A DNA stretch of 63,498 bases, counting the filler. It is 5 parts of 5 records of this genome, joined end to end, with 100 filler letters (N's around TTAATTAATTAA, not from the genome) between each part and the next. Parts side by side here need not be neighbours in the genome. Positions count along the whole stretch, not along the records: positions 17,648 to 34,236 come from SRR20825010_5810; positions 34,337 to 60,005 come from SRR20825010_5815; 3 more parts are not named here. One strand, written 5' to 3'. The translations under genes and the position numbers were made by a program. The notes under the pieces were generated by a model. That model made no database searches and was not told the DNA's origin. It saw only the letters and a list, made by a program, of their open reading frames with translations. Of this stretch, positions 31,228-42,029 are shown one piece after another; position 1 is the stretch's first letter; each line of letters begins with the position of its first letter.

Positions 31228-32361
31228 TTACTCGGCGGCAGAGATGCTGACGTTCTTCAATGCATCCACATTGGCACCGAAATTGATCTTCTGGAGATAA
31301 CGGATGCCGTCTTCGGCAATGTCGTCACCAACCATGCGGTCGCCTTCGTTTTTCAGCTCATCCATGTCCACATAGGTCTGGTAGAAGGCCTTTGTGCGAT
31401 CCGTGATGATGCCGGCTTTCAGCAGCGTCTTGATGAGCACGCGGAAGATGTTGGTTGCTTCTTTCATGTCTTCGCGGCGCTTTTCGTCGCTGACAGCTTC
31501 GATCATTTCATTGGTGACCGTCTGCCAGTCGATGCCGAACTCGCCGTACAGAATCTTCTTCTGCTCGGGGTTCACAAGGTTGAACAGAAGGGTCTGGAAG
31601 CACTCGGCTGCCCAGTCTTCAATGATGTCCTGTTCTTCCTGCGACAGCTTGGGGATCGTGCGGTCCGCCCAGATTTTGCCGAACTTGTGATGGAAGGCTT
31701 CGTCTGTCATCACGAGCTGCATCAGCTTGACCAGCAGTGGGTCGCGCGCATTGGCATAGAATGTGGCGAAAGCACCCATGGCGAGGCCTTCGACCAGCAT
31801 CTGCATGCCAACGATCTTTTTGTAGACTTCACGTGCGCCGACAATGTTGGTCAGCAGATCGCCCAGTGTCTGGCCGACGGGAAGGGGCTTGCCCCAACGT
31901 GCCTGGATGTATTTGGCAAAGCCGGTCACGTGACGGGCTTCCTCGCGTGTCTGGTTGGCGGCATATTCTTGCGCGCCCGGATCACGCAGCACATGGCAGA
32001 GGCTCGACGACAGGTTCAGCGCGCCCTGTTCGCCATGCAAAATGGACGAAAGCATCCAGCGTACGCTTTCATTGGCAAAGCGTACGCGTTGCTTCTGCGT
32101 CAGCGCCTTGAAGCTAGGAAGGTTCAGTTCGATGAAGAACTCTTCCGGCATCATGAATTCGTTTTCGATATCGAAAGCTTCCGAATAATCGATGTATTTC
32201 TTGTCCAGCGGGTCCCAGAAGTGGTCGTGGGTGGCCGAGATGATCTTGTCGAAAGCGGTGGAGCGTGCGTTGTAGCGGTCCACATTCATCATCGCCGGAA
32301 AGTCATCCGGTGCGACAGCATCATAGGCTTCGTCTTTTGTAATCTGGCGAACGTCGGCCAT
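31228..32361 (-). CDS. Ferritin-like non-heme diiron protein (AurF-like oxygenase superfamily)
   Basis: HGEQGA, EEARH, LVEG and DEAFHH carboxylate/His ligand pattern. Confidence 0.82.
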   Translation of the reverse strand: MADVRQITKDEAYDAVAPDDFPAMMNVDRYNARSTAFDKIISATHDHFWDPLDKKYIDYSEAFDIENEFMMPEEFFIELNLPSFKALTQKQRVRFANESVRWMLSSILHGEQGALNLSSSLCHVLRDPGAQEYAANQTREEARHVTGFAKYIQARWGKPLPVGQTLGDLLTNIVGAREVYKKIVGMQMLVEGLAMGAFATFYANARDPLLVKLMQLVMTDEAFHHKFGKIWADRTIPKLSQEEQDIIEDWAAECFQTLLFNLVNPEQKKILYGEFGIDWQTVTNEMIEAVSDEKRREDMKEATNIFRVLIKTLLKAGIITDRTKAFYQTYVDMDELKNEGDRMVGDDIAEDGIRYLQKINFGANVDALKNVSISAAE

Positions 32362-32929
32362 CTGGCTTCTCTCCCAATGTCCCTAGTGGAAACATGCGCC
32401 ATTTCGGGCGCTGAAATGACTTTAGCGGCCTTCTTGCCGGAGGAGTGTGCCACTGGCCTTGTAAGATCGCTTTCGTCTTACTTACAATTACATAGGCAAG
32501 GGTCACGGTACGTCAAGACAAAAATGACGGAGACGTCACCTTTGGTTGCGAGATTCGCCGAACGCTCTTTCTACTTCTCTAATTTCACAAATGTAAGTTG
32601 TTGAAATCACACGTGATCCGTTACGGATTTGGCAAAATTATGCTATCGCTGAACATATGAGGGAGATGACTGTTCCGAATGTCGGCAGTGGGGACTGGCG
32701 ACAACAAAAGAGAGCAGCATTTGAGGGGAGGCGTTTTCCTGACATCAAAGGGCAGTTCACAGGCCATCCGGTCGCCCGCGTGTTCAGATACCTCCGAGAT
32801 CCGGCTTTTTAATGGTCGGTGATGCGTTTGCGCTGTGTTCCGTGTGCAGATGTATCCCCGACAAACGAGACCTGGAAATCGTATAGAGTGTCGACGGCTG
32901 TGCTGACGGCATCGGGAGAGAGGGTATCC

Positions 32930-34236
32930 ATGATTAAGTTTCTTGAGAATGTAATTTTTGGCCTACGTTCGGTCATTTTGCTGGTGCTGGCCGTAGCGAC
33001 AATTGTGGGCCTATACTTTGCATTCCAGTTGCGTATGACCGCAGGCTTCGACAAGCAATTGCCGGTTGGACATGAGTATGTGGAAACATTTCAGGAGTAC
33101 CGTAACCAGCTATTCGGATCGAACCGGATCATCGTCGTTCTGGAACCCAAGGAAGGGACGATCTGGAATAAGGAATTTTTCAAAACCTATAAAGAGCTGA
33201 CAGACGATATTTTCTTCCTGCCGGGCGTTTCGCGTCCCACTGTGACTTCGCTCTGGACACCTAATACCCGTTATCGTGAGATCACCGAAGACGGTATCAG
33301 CGCGGAAGACGTTATCTCCGGCAAGGTCACAGCCGACACAATGACACCGGCAGCACTTGCCAAGATCCAGAGCAATGTCATACGCGGTGGGTTTGTAGGT
33401 CGCCTTGTTTCCAATGATTTCACTTCCGCCATGGTCGCGGCCGAGTTGCAGGATTTTGATCCGTCAACCGGACAATCGCTCGACTATTTTGATCTTGCCC
33501 GAAAGTTGGAAACCGAAATCCGCGGCAAATATGAAGACGAAAATCATACTGTTCGCATTATCGGTTTTGCCAAAGCCACCGGTGATATTGCTGATGGCGC
33601 CTATAGCGTGACGATCTTCTTTCTCATTGCCTTCATCCTTACCGCTCTTTCGGTCTATCTTTATTCCCGGTCCGCATTGCTAACCTTCGCGGCCCTCTTT
33701 TCTTCGCTGACATCGGTCGTATGGCAGTTCGCATTGCTCAATATGCTGGGCTACGGCCTTGATCCCCTGGCGATCCTCGTGCCGTTTCTCGTCTTCGCAA
33801 TCGGTGTCAGTCACGGCGTGCAGCAGATCAATCTTGTTACGGCTGAACTCAGCGTTGGCAAAACCAGCGAAGAGGCAGCACGTGCAAGTTTTTCCGGGCT
33901 GCTTGTTCCCGGTTCAATGGCGCTTGTGACGACGCTGGTCAGCTTCGGCACGCTTTATCTCATTCCAGTCGGCATGATCCGCGAACTGGCCATTACCGCC
34001 TCTATCGGTGTGGCACTGAAGATCATCACCAATCTTATTATGCTGCCACTTGTCGTTTCCTACATGAAGTTCGACGATGGTTTTGCAGCACGCGTCGCCA
34101 AGTCGCGTGAAAAGCGTATCAAGATCATGCGTGTCTTGGGGCGTGTAGCCGAACCCAAAGCTGCTATCGTAACGTTGATTGTGTCTTTCATGCTTTTCGG
34201 TTTTGCCGTCTATGAAAGCAGCAACCGCCATGTCGG
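32930..34236 (+). CDS. RND/MMPL-family transporter, 3'-truncated
   Basis: TM-periplasmic loop-TM layout; LDPLAILVPFLVFAIGVSHGVQ, IRELAITASIG; GGGAGAG RBS. Confidence 0.88.
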
Positions 34237-34336
34237 NNNNNNNNNNNNNNNNNNNNNNNNNNNNNNNNNNNNNNNNNNNNTTAATTAATTAANNNNNNNN
34301 NNNNNNNNNNNNNNNNNNNNNNNNNNNNNNNNNNNN
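34237..34336. other. Artificial contig spacer
   Basis: N44-TTAATTAATTAA-N44. Confidence 0.99.
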
Positions 34337-34486
34337 TTTGAAGTTGTTGCTGCAGCTCATTCGACGTGCCGCTTCACGGGCAGCTTGAACGGCAGGCAAC
34401 AAGAGTCCAACAAGGACTCCGATGATTGCGATGACCACCAACAATTCGACCAGCGTGAATCCCTTTTGTCGGGTTCGATGTGGCAT
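34337..34486 (-). CDS. DUF1559 prepilin-type protein (planctomycete), N-terminal fragment
   Basis: [40 protein letters not shown]. Confidence 0.93.
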
Positions 34487-34549
34487 GGGTGTAGTTCCTA
34501 TGTATGAATCAAAACGGAATCAGATCAGATGAGTCTTTCACGAACGTGA

Positions 34550-34720
34550 CTAGTTCGCAGTGTCCCCATCGTCGACCGATGCATTGCTGTCAAAGTCGTG
34601 TGGGTTCTCTTCGACGTACTGGCTCAATTCATCATCTGATGGTGCGGAGGTCGCGGAACCATCGCAGCCGACGGAGCCAATCAGGCCGCCGAGCACCAAT
34701 AACCAAAGCAAATTCTTCAT
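34550..34720 (-). CDS. 56-aa acidic lipoprotein preceding DUF1559
   Basis: MKNLLWLLVLGGLIGSVG-C lipobox; acidic mature part. Confidence 0.7.
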   Translation of the reverse strand: MKNLLWLLVLGGLIGSVGCDGSATSAPSDDELSQYVEENPHDFDSNASVDDGDTAN

Positions 34721-35060
34721 CGTGTGCGTCTCTTTCATGACGGGTAATAAGGTGGAACGATTTGCGGGGCCGGCATGGCTGGCTCGTTGCTCAACTCGGA
34801 CGCTTTCCACGAATCGCGAATCGAATGAGGAGCACGAGCCTTCCCCTCTTGCGAGAGGGGGTTGCCGTCACCCGCAATGAAATCTATAGCCTTGGAGTGC
34901 GAAATGTGAACCCCTTTCCAGTGATTAAAGTGGCGGAAAACACCGCTCTCAACGTTCGTTTTGCGACATGCCCCGTTTGGAAGCGGTTTCAATCGCCCGT
35001 TAAAAATCTGGGGTTTTCACATTTTTTTTTCGCCAGTCCTTCGTTTCGAAAGCCGCTTTG

Positions 35061-36113
35061 ATGTTCCAACGAATCGTCCTTCTCTTGCTCACGTTCGCCC
35101 TGATCGACTGCCCAGATCTTTGTGCGGAATCCGACGACGCGTTGGAAGTCAAACCGACGCCGATCATCTTTGACACCGACATCACCGGAGACTGTGATGA
35201 TGTGCTGGCGCTCGCAATGTTGCACGCTCTGCAAGATCGTGGTGAATGCGAACTCAAAGCGGTCACCATCTCGAAGGTCAATCCGCTTGCCGCACCTTTC
35301 GTGGATGCGGTCAACACGTTTTATGGTCGGGGCGACATCCCAATCGGTGCGACCAGGGACGCTCAGCATCGTCCGAGTCTTTACCTGAAGTTGTGCAAGA
35401 CTCGTGATGGAGATTCACTGCGATACCCACATGACTTGCTCAGCAGCAAGGACGCTCCCGAAGCGGTGGAAGTTCTGCGTCGCACCTTGGCGGAGGCGGA
35501 AGATGCCAGCGTTGTGATCATCCAAGTCGGTCTGGCGGCAAACCTAGCGGATTTGTTGGATTCGAAAGCGGATGCGATCAGTCCCTTGGATGGTCCCGCA
35601 CTGCTTCAACAGAAGTGCAAGTTGATTTCAGTAATGGCAGGCTGTTTTGGACCAACCCTTGGAAAACCAAGGCATGATGAAGCGAACGTCGTCAACGGGA
35701 TCGACGCCATGCGGCGATTTGCCGATCAATCACCCGATGACGTTCCCGTTGTGTGGAGTGATTACCGCATAGGCATCGCGGTGCCTTATCCACGCGAAAG
35801 CATCGCCCGCGATTTTTCTTACGTACCGCATCATCCCGTTCGCGAAGCGTATCTCTTGCACAGTGGTCCCAACCATGATCGACCAACGTGGGATTTGACG
35901 AGCGTGCTTTTCGCCGTTCGGCCTGACGACCACTACTTTGATCTTTCGAAACCTGGTCGCGTGGTCGTGGACAAAGAAGGCTTCACCGAATTTCACCCCG
36001 ATGAAAATGGTCGCGACCGCCTGATGGAGATGAGTGCCGAACAAGCTATTCGGGTAATCGAAGTCCAGCGAGCCCTTTCCAGTCAGCCGCCGCGACAGGC
36101 AGTATCGCGGTGA
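35061..36113 (+). CDS. Exported nucleoside hydrolase-like protein (IUNH fold)
   Basis: IFDTDITGDCDD, IPIG, RPTWDL; signal peptide. Confidence 0.85.
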   Translation: MFQRIVLLLLTFALIDCPDLCAESDDALEVKPTPIIFDTDITGDCDDVLALAMLHALQDRGECELKAVTISKVNPLAAPFVDAVNTFYGRGDIPIGATRDAQHRPSLYLKLCKTRDGDSLRYPHDLLSSKDAPEAVEVLRRTLAEAEDASVVIIQVGLAANLADLLDSKADAISPLDGPALLQQKCKLISVMAGCFGPTLGKPRHDEANVVNGIDAMRRFADQSPDDVPVVWSDYRIGIAVPYPRESIARDFSYVPHHPVREAYLLHSGPNHDRPTWDLTSVLFAVRPDDHYFDLSKPGRVVVDKEGFTEFHPDENGRDRLMEMSAEQAIRVIEVQRALSSQPPRQAVSR

Positions 36114-36155
36114 GACGCCAAGTGAGTCGAAGAGCACGAGATCAACGTGCAACAG

Positions 36156-38291
36156 CTAGAACTCGATGAGCTGAACTTTGCCCGGAATCCCTTGCTCGCC
36201 AATGTGGCCAATGACCTCGAGCTGAATCGGGCCACGACCAATTTTGTCGGGCGTCAAAGAGACGCTTCCCGATGTGCCACTGGTTTCGGCTACGACGCGA
36301 CCGAGATGCTTCAATTCGATTCGCTCCGCGTCAGGGCAAGCCAGTTTGATCTGCAGTGTTTCATTGTCGGTCGATACAACATCGATCGTTGGTAGGATGT
36401 TGGGATTGCCCAAAACCAATGTGTCGGTGATTGCGATGCGTGGCTGAGTGGTGTGGTGTCCGATCAGCACCGCTCGGCAGCGAAGAGCTCCTTCCAATGT
36501 GCTCGGTAGCTTGACTTCAATCTTTTTGGCGGGACGCGAAACTGCGATTCGTTTGTCTTGCAGATACAGTTCAATCGCCGCGGTTGGGGATGTGTTCTTA
36601 TTGCCTGGAAGAGCTTGCCAAAAGAAATTGATCGGGACGTTGTCGTCCATCGGTTCGCCAATTTCCATTCGAACAAAGTCAATCGGTGCTTTCGCGAAGG
36701 GCTGGCAGGCCGGATCGCCGACGATCAGCAATTGGTAGGGCGAAGTGGTTGTCAGATAAAACGCTTCGATCGCCGAGACGCCTTCCGTGTAGTAGGCGTG
36801 CATCATGGGCGTCGGGAACTTTGGAATTAATGAGTATGGTTCCGCGACAGCACCGCTGCTGATTGCTGCGCCGGCATGCAACAACTCGGTCAGTTTGGTT
36901 TGCGAGTTGGTTTCAAAGGCCGCGCCCAAACTGGTGAGGTTTTCGGCGATGGCTCCCGGATTCATCGACCATGATCGATTCTTAGCATCGAAGCTGGCCG
37001 CTCCCAACATCAATCCAATGTATCGCTTGTTCGACGTTGGCAATTTTGAAGAGAATATTTCAACGTCGCGATCGCGTGACATCAACCAAGCCAAACCGTC
37101 AGCGTACAACGGTTCGCGAGTCGTGACCCGTACGTCGGATGTCTTGGCAAACGCGACCGTTCCATCAGGGTTGGTTCGGTCAGCCTTGCGAGCCCGTTTC
37201 AAGACATCGATGGCTTGTTGAAGCGTGCTGCCACGTTCGTGCACGACGCCCAACACACACGACAACATGTATGGCATGCCGCCTTTGTTACTGGGAATCA
37301 GATGCCCGGTGCTTGTCCAGCCCACGCTTGCCGAGAACGGCACCGGTCCTTGGTTCTTCATCGGGACGTCTTGCAATTGTTCCACGACGGCGGCGAAGCC
37401 CTCCGTTGAGTCCAGCTTTTGCAGGGACGCTGATTCTTCGACGTAACGACGATTGGCCCAGCCCGACGCGGTTGCCAGTGTGAAACGTTCGAGTGCGGCG
37501 TCCATGTTGCCGGCATTGGCAAACGCTTCGGCGGCGCGAATATTCAGCGGGTGCAAGGTCGGAAATTCGTCGGCAATGGTCGACCATAGCTCGGCAGCCT
37601 TCGTCCAATCGTCCGCGGTGGTTGCTTCGTCGGTGGCGGTTTTCGCTGCCTTGAATGTTTCGCCTGTCTCACCCGCAAAAGGATTCGCGAAGTGACGCTC
37701 GAATTGGCCGCGAGCGTAGAAGTTGCTGCCCCAACCCAGGTAGTCCGGTGAATCGGCGAGCACCCAGCGATAGAAAAAGGTCATCGAGTTGATCGAGGCG
37801 ACCGGACGCTGGTACTTCTTTTGGTTCTCGTCGGTTAGCCGCTTGGTGTGTTCGCGAATGTCGACGGCGGTGGGGAATCCGGCTGAATACGCAATCACCT
37901 GCGTGTGCGCGGCGAGCTCTCGACGATTGAGCTCATTCAGAATCGGCCTCAGAATCTTTTCGCGAAAATCGTTCAGAGAGACTCGCAGTCCATCGGGGAC
38001 GTCCTGCAACATAACAATGTTGCCCGGTGGGATTTCACGTAGTTGGACATAGTGATTCGCCAGGGTCAGCGAATTTTGCGAATTCGCGTTGACGACAACA
38101 ATGATATTTTCGCCGCTGATGCCGGCTTTGGTTGAGCCGCTAAACAGCCCGCTGATTAGCAACAGCAGTAGCAGGCAACCAAATTGCCGCGACGATGGAA
38201 AGCATCGGAAGAGTTGGGCGGCCGAGCGGAGTGTTTGCGAAAGCATCGATTGAGAATCGTTTTCGGAACGGGATGGTGTCTGCGGGACCAC
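36156..38291 (-). CDS. TIGR03790-like exported protein with TPR-like insert; start uncertain
   Basis: ENIIVVVNANS..S..LANHY...R.IP; AIAENLTS, GAVAEPY, LIVGDP. Confidence 0.7.
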   Translation of the reverse strand: MVPQTPSRSENDSQSMLSQTLRSAAQLFRCFPSSRQFGCLLLLLLISGLFSGSTKAGISGENIIVVVNANSQNSLTLANHYVQLREIPPGNIVMLQDVPDGLRVSLNDFREKILRPILNELNRRELAAHTQVIAYSAGFPTAVDIREHTKRLTDENQKKYQRPVASINSMTFFYRWVLADSPDYLGWGSNFYARGQFERHFANPFAGETGETFKAAKTATDEATTADDWTKAAELWSTIADEFPTLHPLNIRAAEAFANAGNMDAALERFTLATASGWANRRYVEESASLQKLDSTEGFAAVVEQLQDVPMKNQGPVPFSASVGWTSTGHLIPSNKGGMPYMLSCVLGVVHERGSTLQQAIDVLKRARKADRTNPDGTVAFAKTSDVRVTTREPLYADGLAWLMSRDRDVEIFSSKLPTSNKRYIGLMLGAASFDAKNRSWSMNPGAIAENLTSLGAAFETNSQTKLTELLHAGAAISSGAVAEPYSLIPKFPTPMMHAYYTEGVSAIEAFYLTTTSPYQLLIVGDPACQPFAKAPIDFVRMEIGEPMDDNVPINFFWQALPGNKNTSPTAAIELYLQDKRIAVSRPAKKIEVKLPSTLEGALRCRAVLIGHHTTQPRIAITDTLVLGNPNILPTIDVVSTDNETLQIKLACPDAERIELKHLGRVVAETSGTSGSVSLTPDKIGRGPIQLEVIGHIGEQGIPGKVQLIEF

Positions 38292-38422
38292 CCCATTGTA
38301 GAACGATTGCGTCAGTCATTTTGCAGCCACATGGTTTCGCAAACGCGGGAATTCTAAGATTCCCCAAAGTTCACGATGCACGTTGACGGCAGGCTTTCGG
38401 TCAGTGCGGCACCGGATTGGCG

Positions 38423-40162
38423 CTAGGTGTAGTAAAGCACCAAACTGATCGCTAGCAGTGTGGCCGCCCAGAAAGCCATCGTGCTGGTGGACCAAGTTCG
38501 ACCGATCCAGCCATTGACGTTGAACGAACGCTGCACCATCCGAAGGCCGCTTCGCAGCGTCAGCATAAAGTCATGACGGAACGTTTGGTCAACCAATTCG
38601 ATTGCGACCTGACCACCACGTGTGGCTTTGGGAATCAAACGTCGGTAGACCCAGTCGGTATCCAGGTTCACAGCTCGTTGTTCCGCGGGATACAGGCCCG
38701 ACTTCATCAACGCGACGAAGGCGAGAGCCGCGAACATCAGCAATTGAAGCTGAGTGACAACGTGGGTGATGGTGTATGGATGGTAGTCCACGTCAAACGG
38801 AAGCAGTCGGTATAGCAACGGATAGGCGATTCCCAGTGCGATACACGAGAAGGCCGCGATGCTCATCGCCAACAACATGTTCCATGGGGCTTCCTTGACG
38901 CGTTTGCCACTGTCATGAGCAAAGAACGCGAAAAACGGAATCTTGATTCCTGAGTGTTCCATCACACCGGCCGAGGCGATCAACAACACGATCCAAACGC
39001 CGAACATGTGTTCTTCGCCGGCGGCAGAGATGATCATGGATTTGCTGACAAAACCACTGAGCAGCGGAAAGCCGGAGATTGCGCCCGCACCGATCATGCA
39101 AAACGCGGTGGTCCATGGCATCGACTTGTGGAGTCCGCCCAGTTCAGTCGCTTTCGCCGTGCCAACGCGGAACAGCACCGCGCCCACTGACATGAACAAC
39201 AGCGATTTGTAAATGATGTGACAGAAAGCGTGGGCCACGGTTCCGTTGATGGCCAGTTCGGTTCCGATGCCAACACCGACGACCATGAACCCGAGTTGGT
39301 TGTTCAGCGAATATGCGAGGACTCGTCGAAGGTCGTTTTCGATCACGGCAAAAATGATCGGGAACAATGTCATGACGCAGCCGACGGTGATCAATGGATC
39401 AAATCCGGCAAAGCCACGAGCCAGCGAATACACGGCAAGCTTCGTCGTGAACGCACTGAGGAAGACGGTTCCGGTCACGGTCGCTTTGGGATAGGAATCC
39501 TGCAACCAGTTGTGAAGCAACGGGAAGGCACACTTAATTGCGAAGGCGAACAAGACGCACCAAGCGGCGGGCGAAATCGCATCACTACCAAAAAGGGTTT
39601 GTCCTTCACTGACGAACAGGTCGAATTTCAGCGAGCCCGTTTCGACGTACTGAATGATCGCTCCAGTGAGCAGCAACACCCCTGAGCCGACTTGGACGAT
39701 CAGGTACCGCATCCCGGCTCGATACGCCGCGGGTGTATCCGATGCCCAAACCAAAAACACACTGCTAATCGCGGTGAGTTCCCAGAACACAAACAGCGTC
39801 ATCAGGTCTCCGGCACAGCACGCACCGATGGCCGCACCGGCGTAGACCATCCCAGCGATGTGTTGCCGGGTGTCTCGCACGTGCAAAGCATAAATCGCGG
39901 AAACGATTGCAGCGATGTGGAATACCAATCCAAACGGACGGCTGAGTGAGTCAACTCGAATGGGTTGGAGTTCAGCACCCAACATCGAAAATGTCTTTGC
40001 GGTTTCACCATCGCCTAAAACGGGAGTGAACCAGAACAGCAAACCACTGAGGATGGCGAGACCGAGTGCACCGCCGGCCTGAGCTCGTTTGGGCAACAGC
40101 CAAAGGAAGACGCCACCGACAATCATCGGCCATCCCGGAGGCAAAGCAGACAACAGATTCAT
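38423..40162 (-). CDS. mrpD: Mrp antiporter-like subunit D, paralog 3
   Basis: FWELTA, KCAFPLLHNWL, FTTKL, GFVSKS. Confidence 0.88.
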   Translation of the reverse strand: MNLLSALPPGWPMIVGGVFLWLLPKRAQAGGALGLAILSGLLFWFTPVLGDGETAKTFSMLGAELQPIRVDSLSRPFGLVFHIAAIVSAIYALHVRDTRQHIAGMVYAGAAIGACCAGDLMTLFVFWELTAISSVFLVWASDTPAAYRAGMRYLIVQVGSGVLLLTGAIIQYVETGSLKFDLFVSEGQTLFGSDAISPAAWCVLFAFAIKCAFPLLHNWLQDSYPKATVTGTVFLSAFTTKLAVYSLARGFAGFDPLITVGCVMTLFPIIFAVIENDLRRVLAYSLNNQLGFMVVGVGIGTELAINGTVAHAFCHIIYKSLLFMSVGAVLFRVGTAKATELGGLHKSMPWTTAFCMIGAGAISGFPLLSGFVSKSMIISAAGEEHMFGVWIVLLIASAGVMEHSGIKIPFFAFFAHDSGKRVKEAPWNMLLAMSIAAFSCIALGIAYPLLYRLLPFDVDYHPYTITHVVTQLQLLMFAALAFVALMKSGLYPAEQRAVNLDTDWVYRRLIPKATRGGQVAIELVDQTFRHDFMLTLRSGLRMVQRSFNVNGWIGRTWSTSTMAFWAATLLAISLVLYYT

Positions 40163-40485
40163 GCTTGTTCTCCTGAGGTGTTGTCTTCGGGGCGGTCCAG
40201 ACGCGGGAATTCGTTTTCGGGTTCAGGGTCGTAGTAACCCTCAGGCTTTTTGATCAGCGGACGCAGCAAAGTGCCCAGGAACACAACCGCAACAAAGGCG
40301 ATGAAGCCGAACCACGCTTGAAAGCCGAAGAATGTTTCGACTTTGCCAAAGTGTGGATGAGGGTTCTCATAGAACAAGTCCGCAAGAACGAGCAGCACGC
40401 AGACGACGACCAAACCAATGATCATGCGTCGGATGTTTTGTGGTCGTTCGAACCAACTGGGATCGGAAGGAGGTGTGTGGCTCAT
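40159..40485 (-). CDS. 108-aa two-TM membrane protein inside the mrp operon
   Basis: ATGA overlaps at both ends; HPHF...FGFQAWFGF...RPLIKKPEGYY. Confidence 0.78.
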   Translation of the reverse strand: MSHTPPSDPSWFERPQNIRRMIIGLVVVCVLLVLADLFYENPHPHFGKVETFFGFQAWFGFIAFVAVVFLGTLLRPLIKKPEGYYDPEPENEFPRLDRPEDNTSGEQA

Positions 40486-42029
40486 GAGTTTGGCGTCTGC
40501 GTGATCGGCAACAGGGCTTCGTAGATCCAGTCGGCGGCGAAGAACAATGCGACACTGCCAATCGCGGTGATGCACAGTGGAACCACGCACATCATGGGGG
40601 CTTCGTGAATCCCGTCAGTCAGTCCGTGATGATGCGGGGCATGCTCGTCGGCTTCGTGCCCATGTGCGTCGGCACCGTGTGACTCATCCGTTTTCGGTTT
40701 TCCCATGAAAGCCAACATGGGGATGGGTACCAAGTACGCAATGTTGAGCAGCGAACTGACCATCAATGCCGCGGTGAGCAAGTATTGGTGGGTCTCGACC
40801 GTGCCAACGGCCAAGAACCATTTGCTCCAGGCACCTCCGCCAGGCGGCAAGCCGATGATGCTGACCGAGGCCAATAGAAAAGCGCCAAACGTGAACGGCA
40901 TTTGACGGCCAAGCCCACGCATGTCACTGATGTTTTTCTTGTGAGCACCGACATAGATCGCACCGGCACAGAAGAACAACGTGATCTTACCGACCGCATG
41001 CATCGCGATGTGCATGCCGCCGCCGATGATGCTGTTCGGCGTCGCGAGCGCGGCACCCAGCGTGATGTATGCCAGTTGGCCAATCGTTGAATACGCCAGT
41101 CGTGCTTTTAAATTGTCTTTTGTCATTGCGACCAAGGACGCGACCACCAACGAGAACCCGGCAACGTAGGCCAGCCATAGGTTTACGCCCGAATCAGTAA
41201 GCAAGTCCAAACCGAAGATGTAGACCACCACTTTCAGCACCGAGAATACACCGACCTTGACCACCGCGACCGCGTGCAACAACGCACTGACGGGTGTTGG
41301 TGCGACCATCGCGGCTGGCAGCCAGCGATGGAAAGGCATCAGTGCGGCTTTGCCGATTCCGAATGCGAACAAAGCCAGCAAAAGGCCCAGCCCGACGGTG
41401 GAGATTTTTTCGTCGGCGACGGGTTCGGCAAGGATACCGCCGAGCGTGAATTCCAAGGTGCCGGCCAGTGAGTAAGTCCAGGCAATCGCGAGCATGAAAA
41501 ACGCGATCGAGGTGGATAGCAAGATCCCGAGGTAAACACGTCCGCCGTTGCGAGCCTCTTCATTGCCGTGGTGCGTGACCAGTGGATAGGTCGAGATCGT
41601 CATGACCTCGTAGGCCACAAACAATGTGAACAAGTTTTTCGCATACGCCGCAGCGATGGCCGCGAAAATGGCGAAGGCAAAGCATCCAAAGAATCGCGTT
41701 TGATTGTCTTCTTTGTGACCCCGCATGTAGCCAACCGCGTAGATCGTCGTCAGGATCCAAAGTCCCGAGGCAACGAGCGCGAAAAGCATGCCCAGCGGTT
41801 CGACTTTGAACGCGATTTGGAATCCGGGTAACCACTCACCCCACATCCATTCCGGACGCTCACCGGCGAACACGCCGCTGGCCATTCGGCAGGTCAGCAA
41901 GAAGAGAATGGTGGCGACGGTGAGCGTGCATCCTTCGCGAACGTTCGGGGATTTGCCGGTCAGTGTTAGCAGCACATAGGCAATCAACGGTAGCAGCAAC
42001 GAGAGCCAAATTTGCATTGAATCGGTCAT
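40482..42029 (-). CDS. mrpD: Mrp antiporter-like subunit D, paralog 2 (His-rich loop)
   Basis: AYEVMT, GKAALMPFHRWLPAAMVAPTPVSALLHAVAVVK, WSKW. Confidence 0.9.
   Translation of the reverse strand: MTDSMQIWLSLLLPLIAYVLLTLTGKSPNVREGCTLTVATILFLLTCRMASGVFAGERPEWMWGEWLPGFQIAFKVEPLGMLFALVASGLWILTTIYAVGYMRGHKEDNQTRFFGCFAFAIFAAIAAAYAKNLFTLFVAYEVMTISTYPLVTHHGNEEARNGGRVYLGILLSTSIAFFMLAIAWTYSLAGTLEFTLGGILAEPVADEKISTVGLGLLLALFAFGIGKAALMPFHRWLPAAMVAPTPVSALLHAVAVVKVGVFSVLKVVVYIFGLDLLTDSGVNLWLAYVAGFSLVVASLVAMTKDNLKARLAYSTIGQLAYITLGAALATPNSIIGGGMHIAMHAVGKITLFFCAGAIYVGAHKKNISDMRGLGRQMPFTFGAFLLASVSIIGLPPGGGAWSKWFLAVGTVETHQYLLTAALMVSSLLNIAYLVPIPMLAFMGKPKTDESHGADAHGHEADEHAPHHHGLTDGIHEAPMMCVVPLCITAIGSVALFFAADWIYEALLPITQTPNS

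Noticed and set aside
34843-35024. Short CCCCTCT/AGAGGGG hairpin and inverted AAATGTGAA(AA)CCCC pair as REP or MITE ends
   Set aside because: Single short occurrences, no second copy or target duplication in the window
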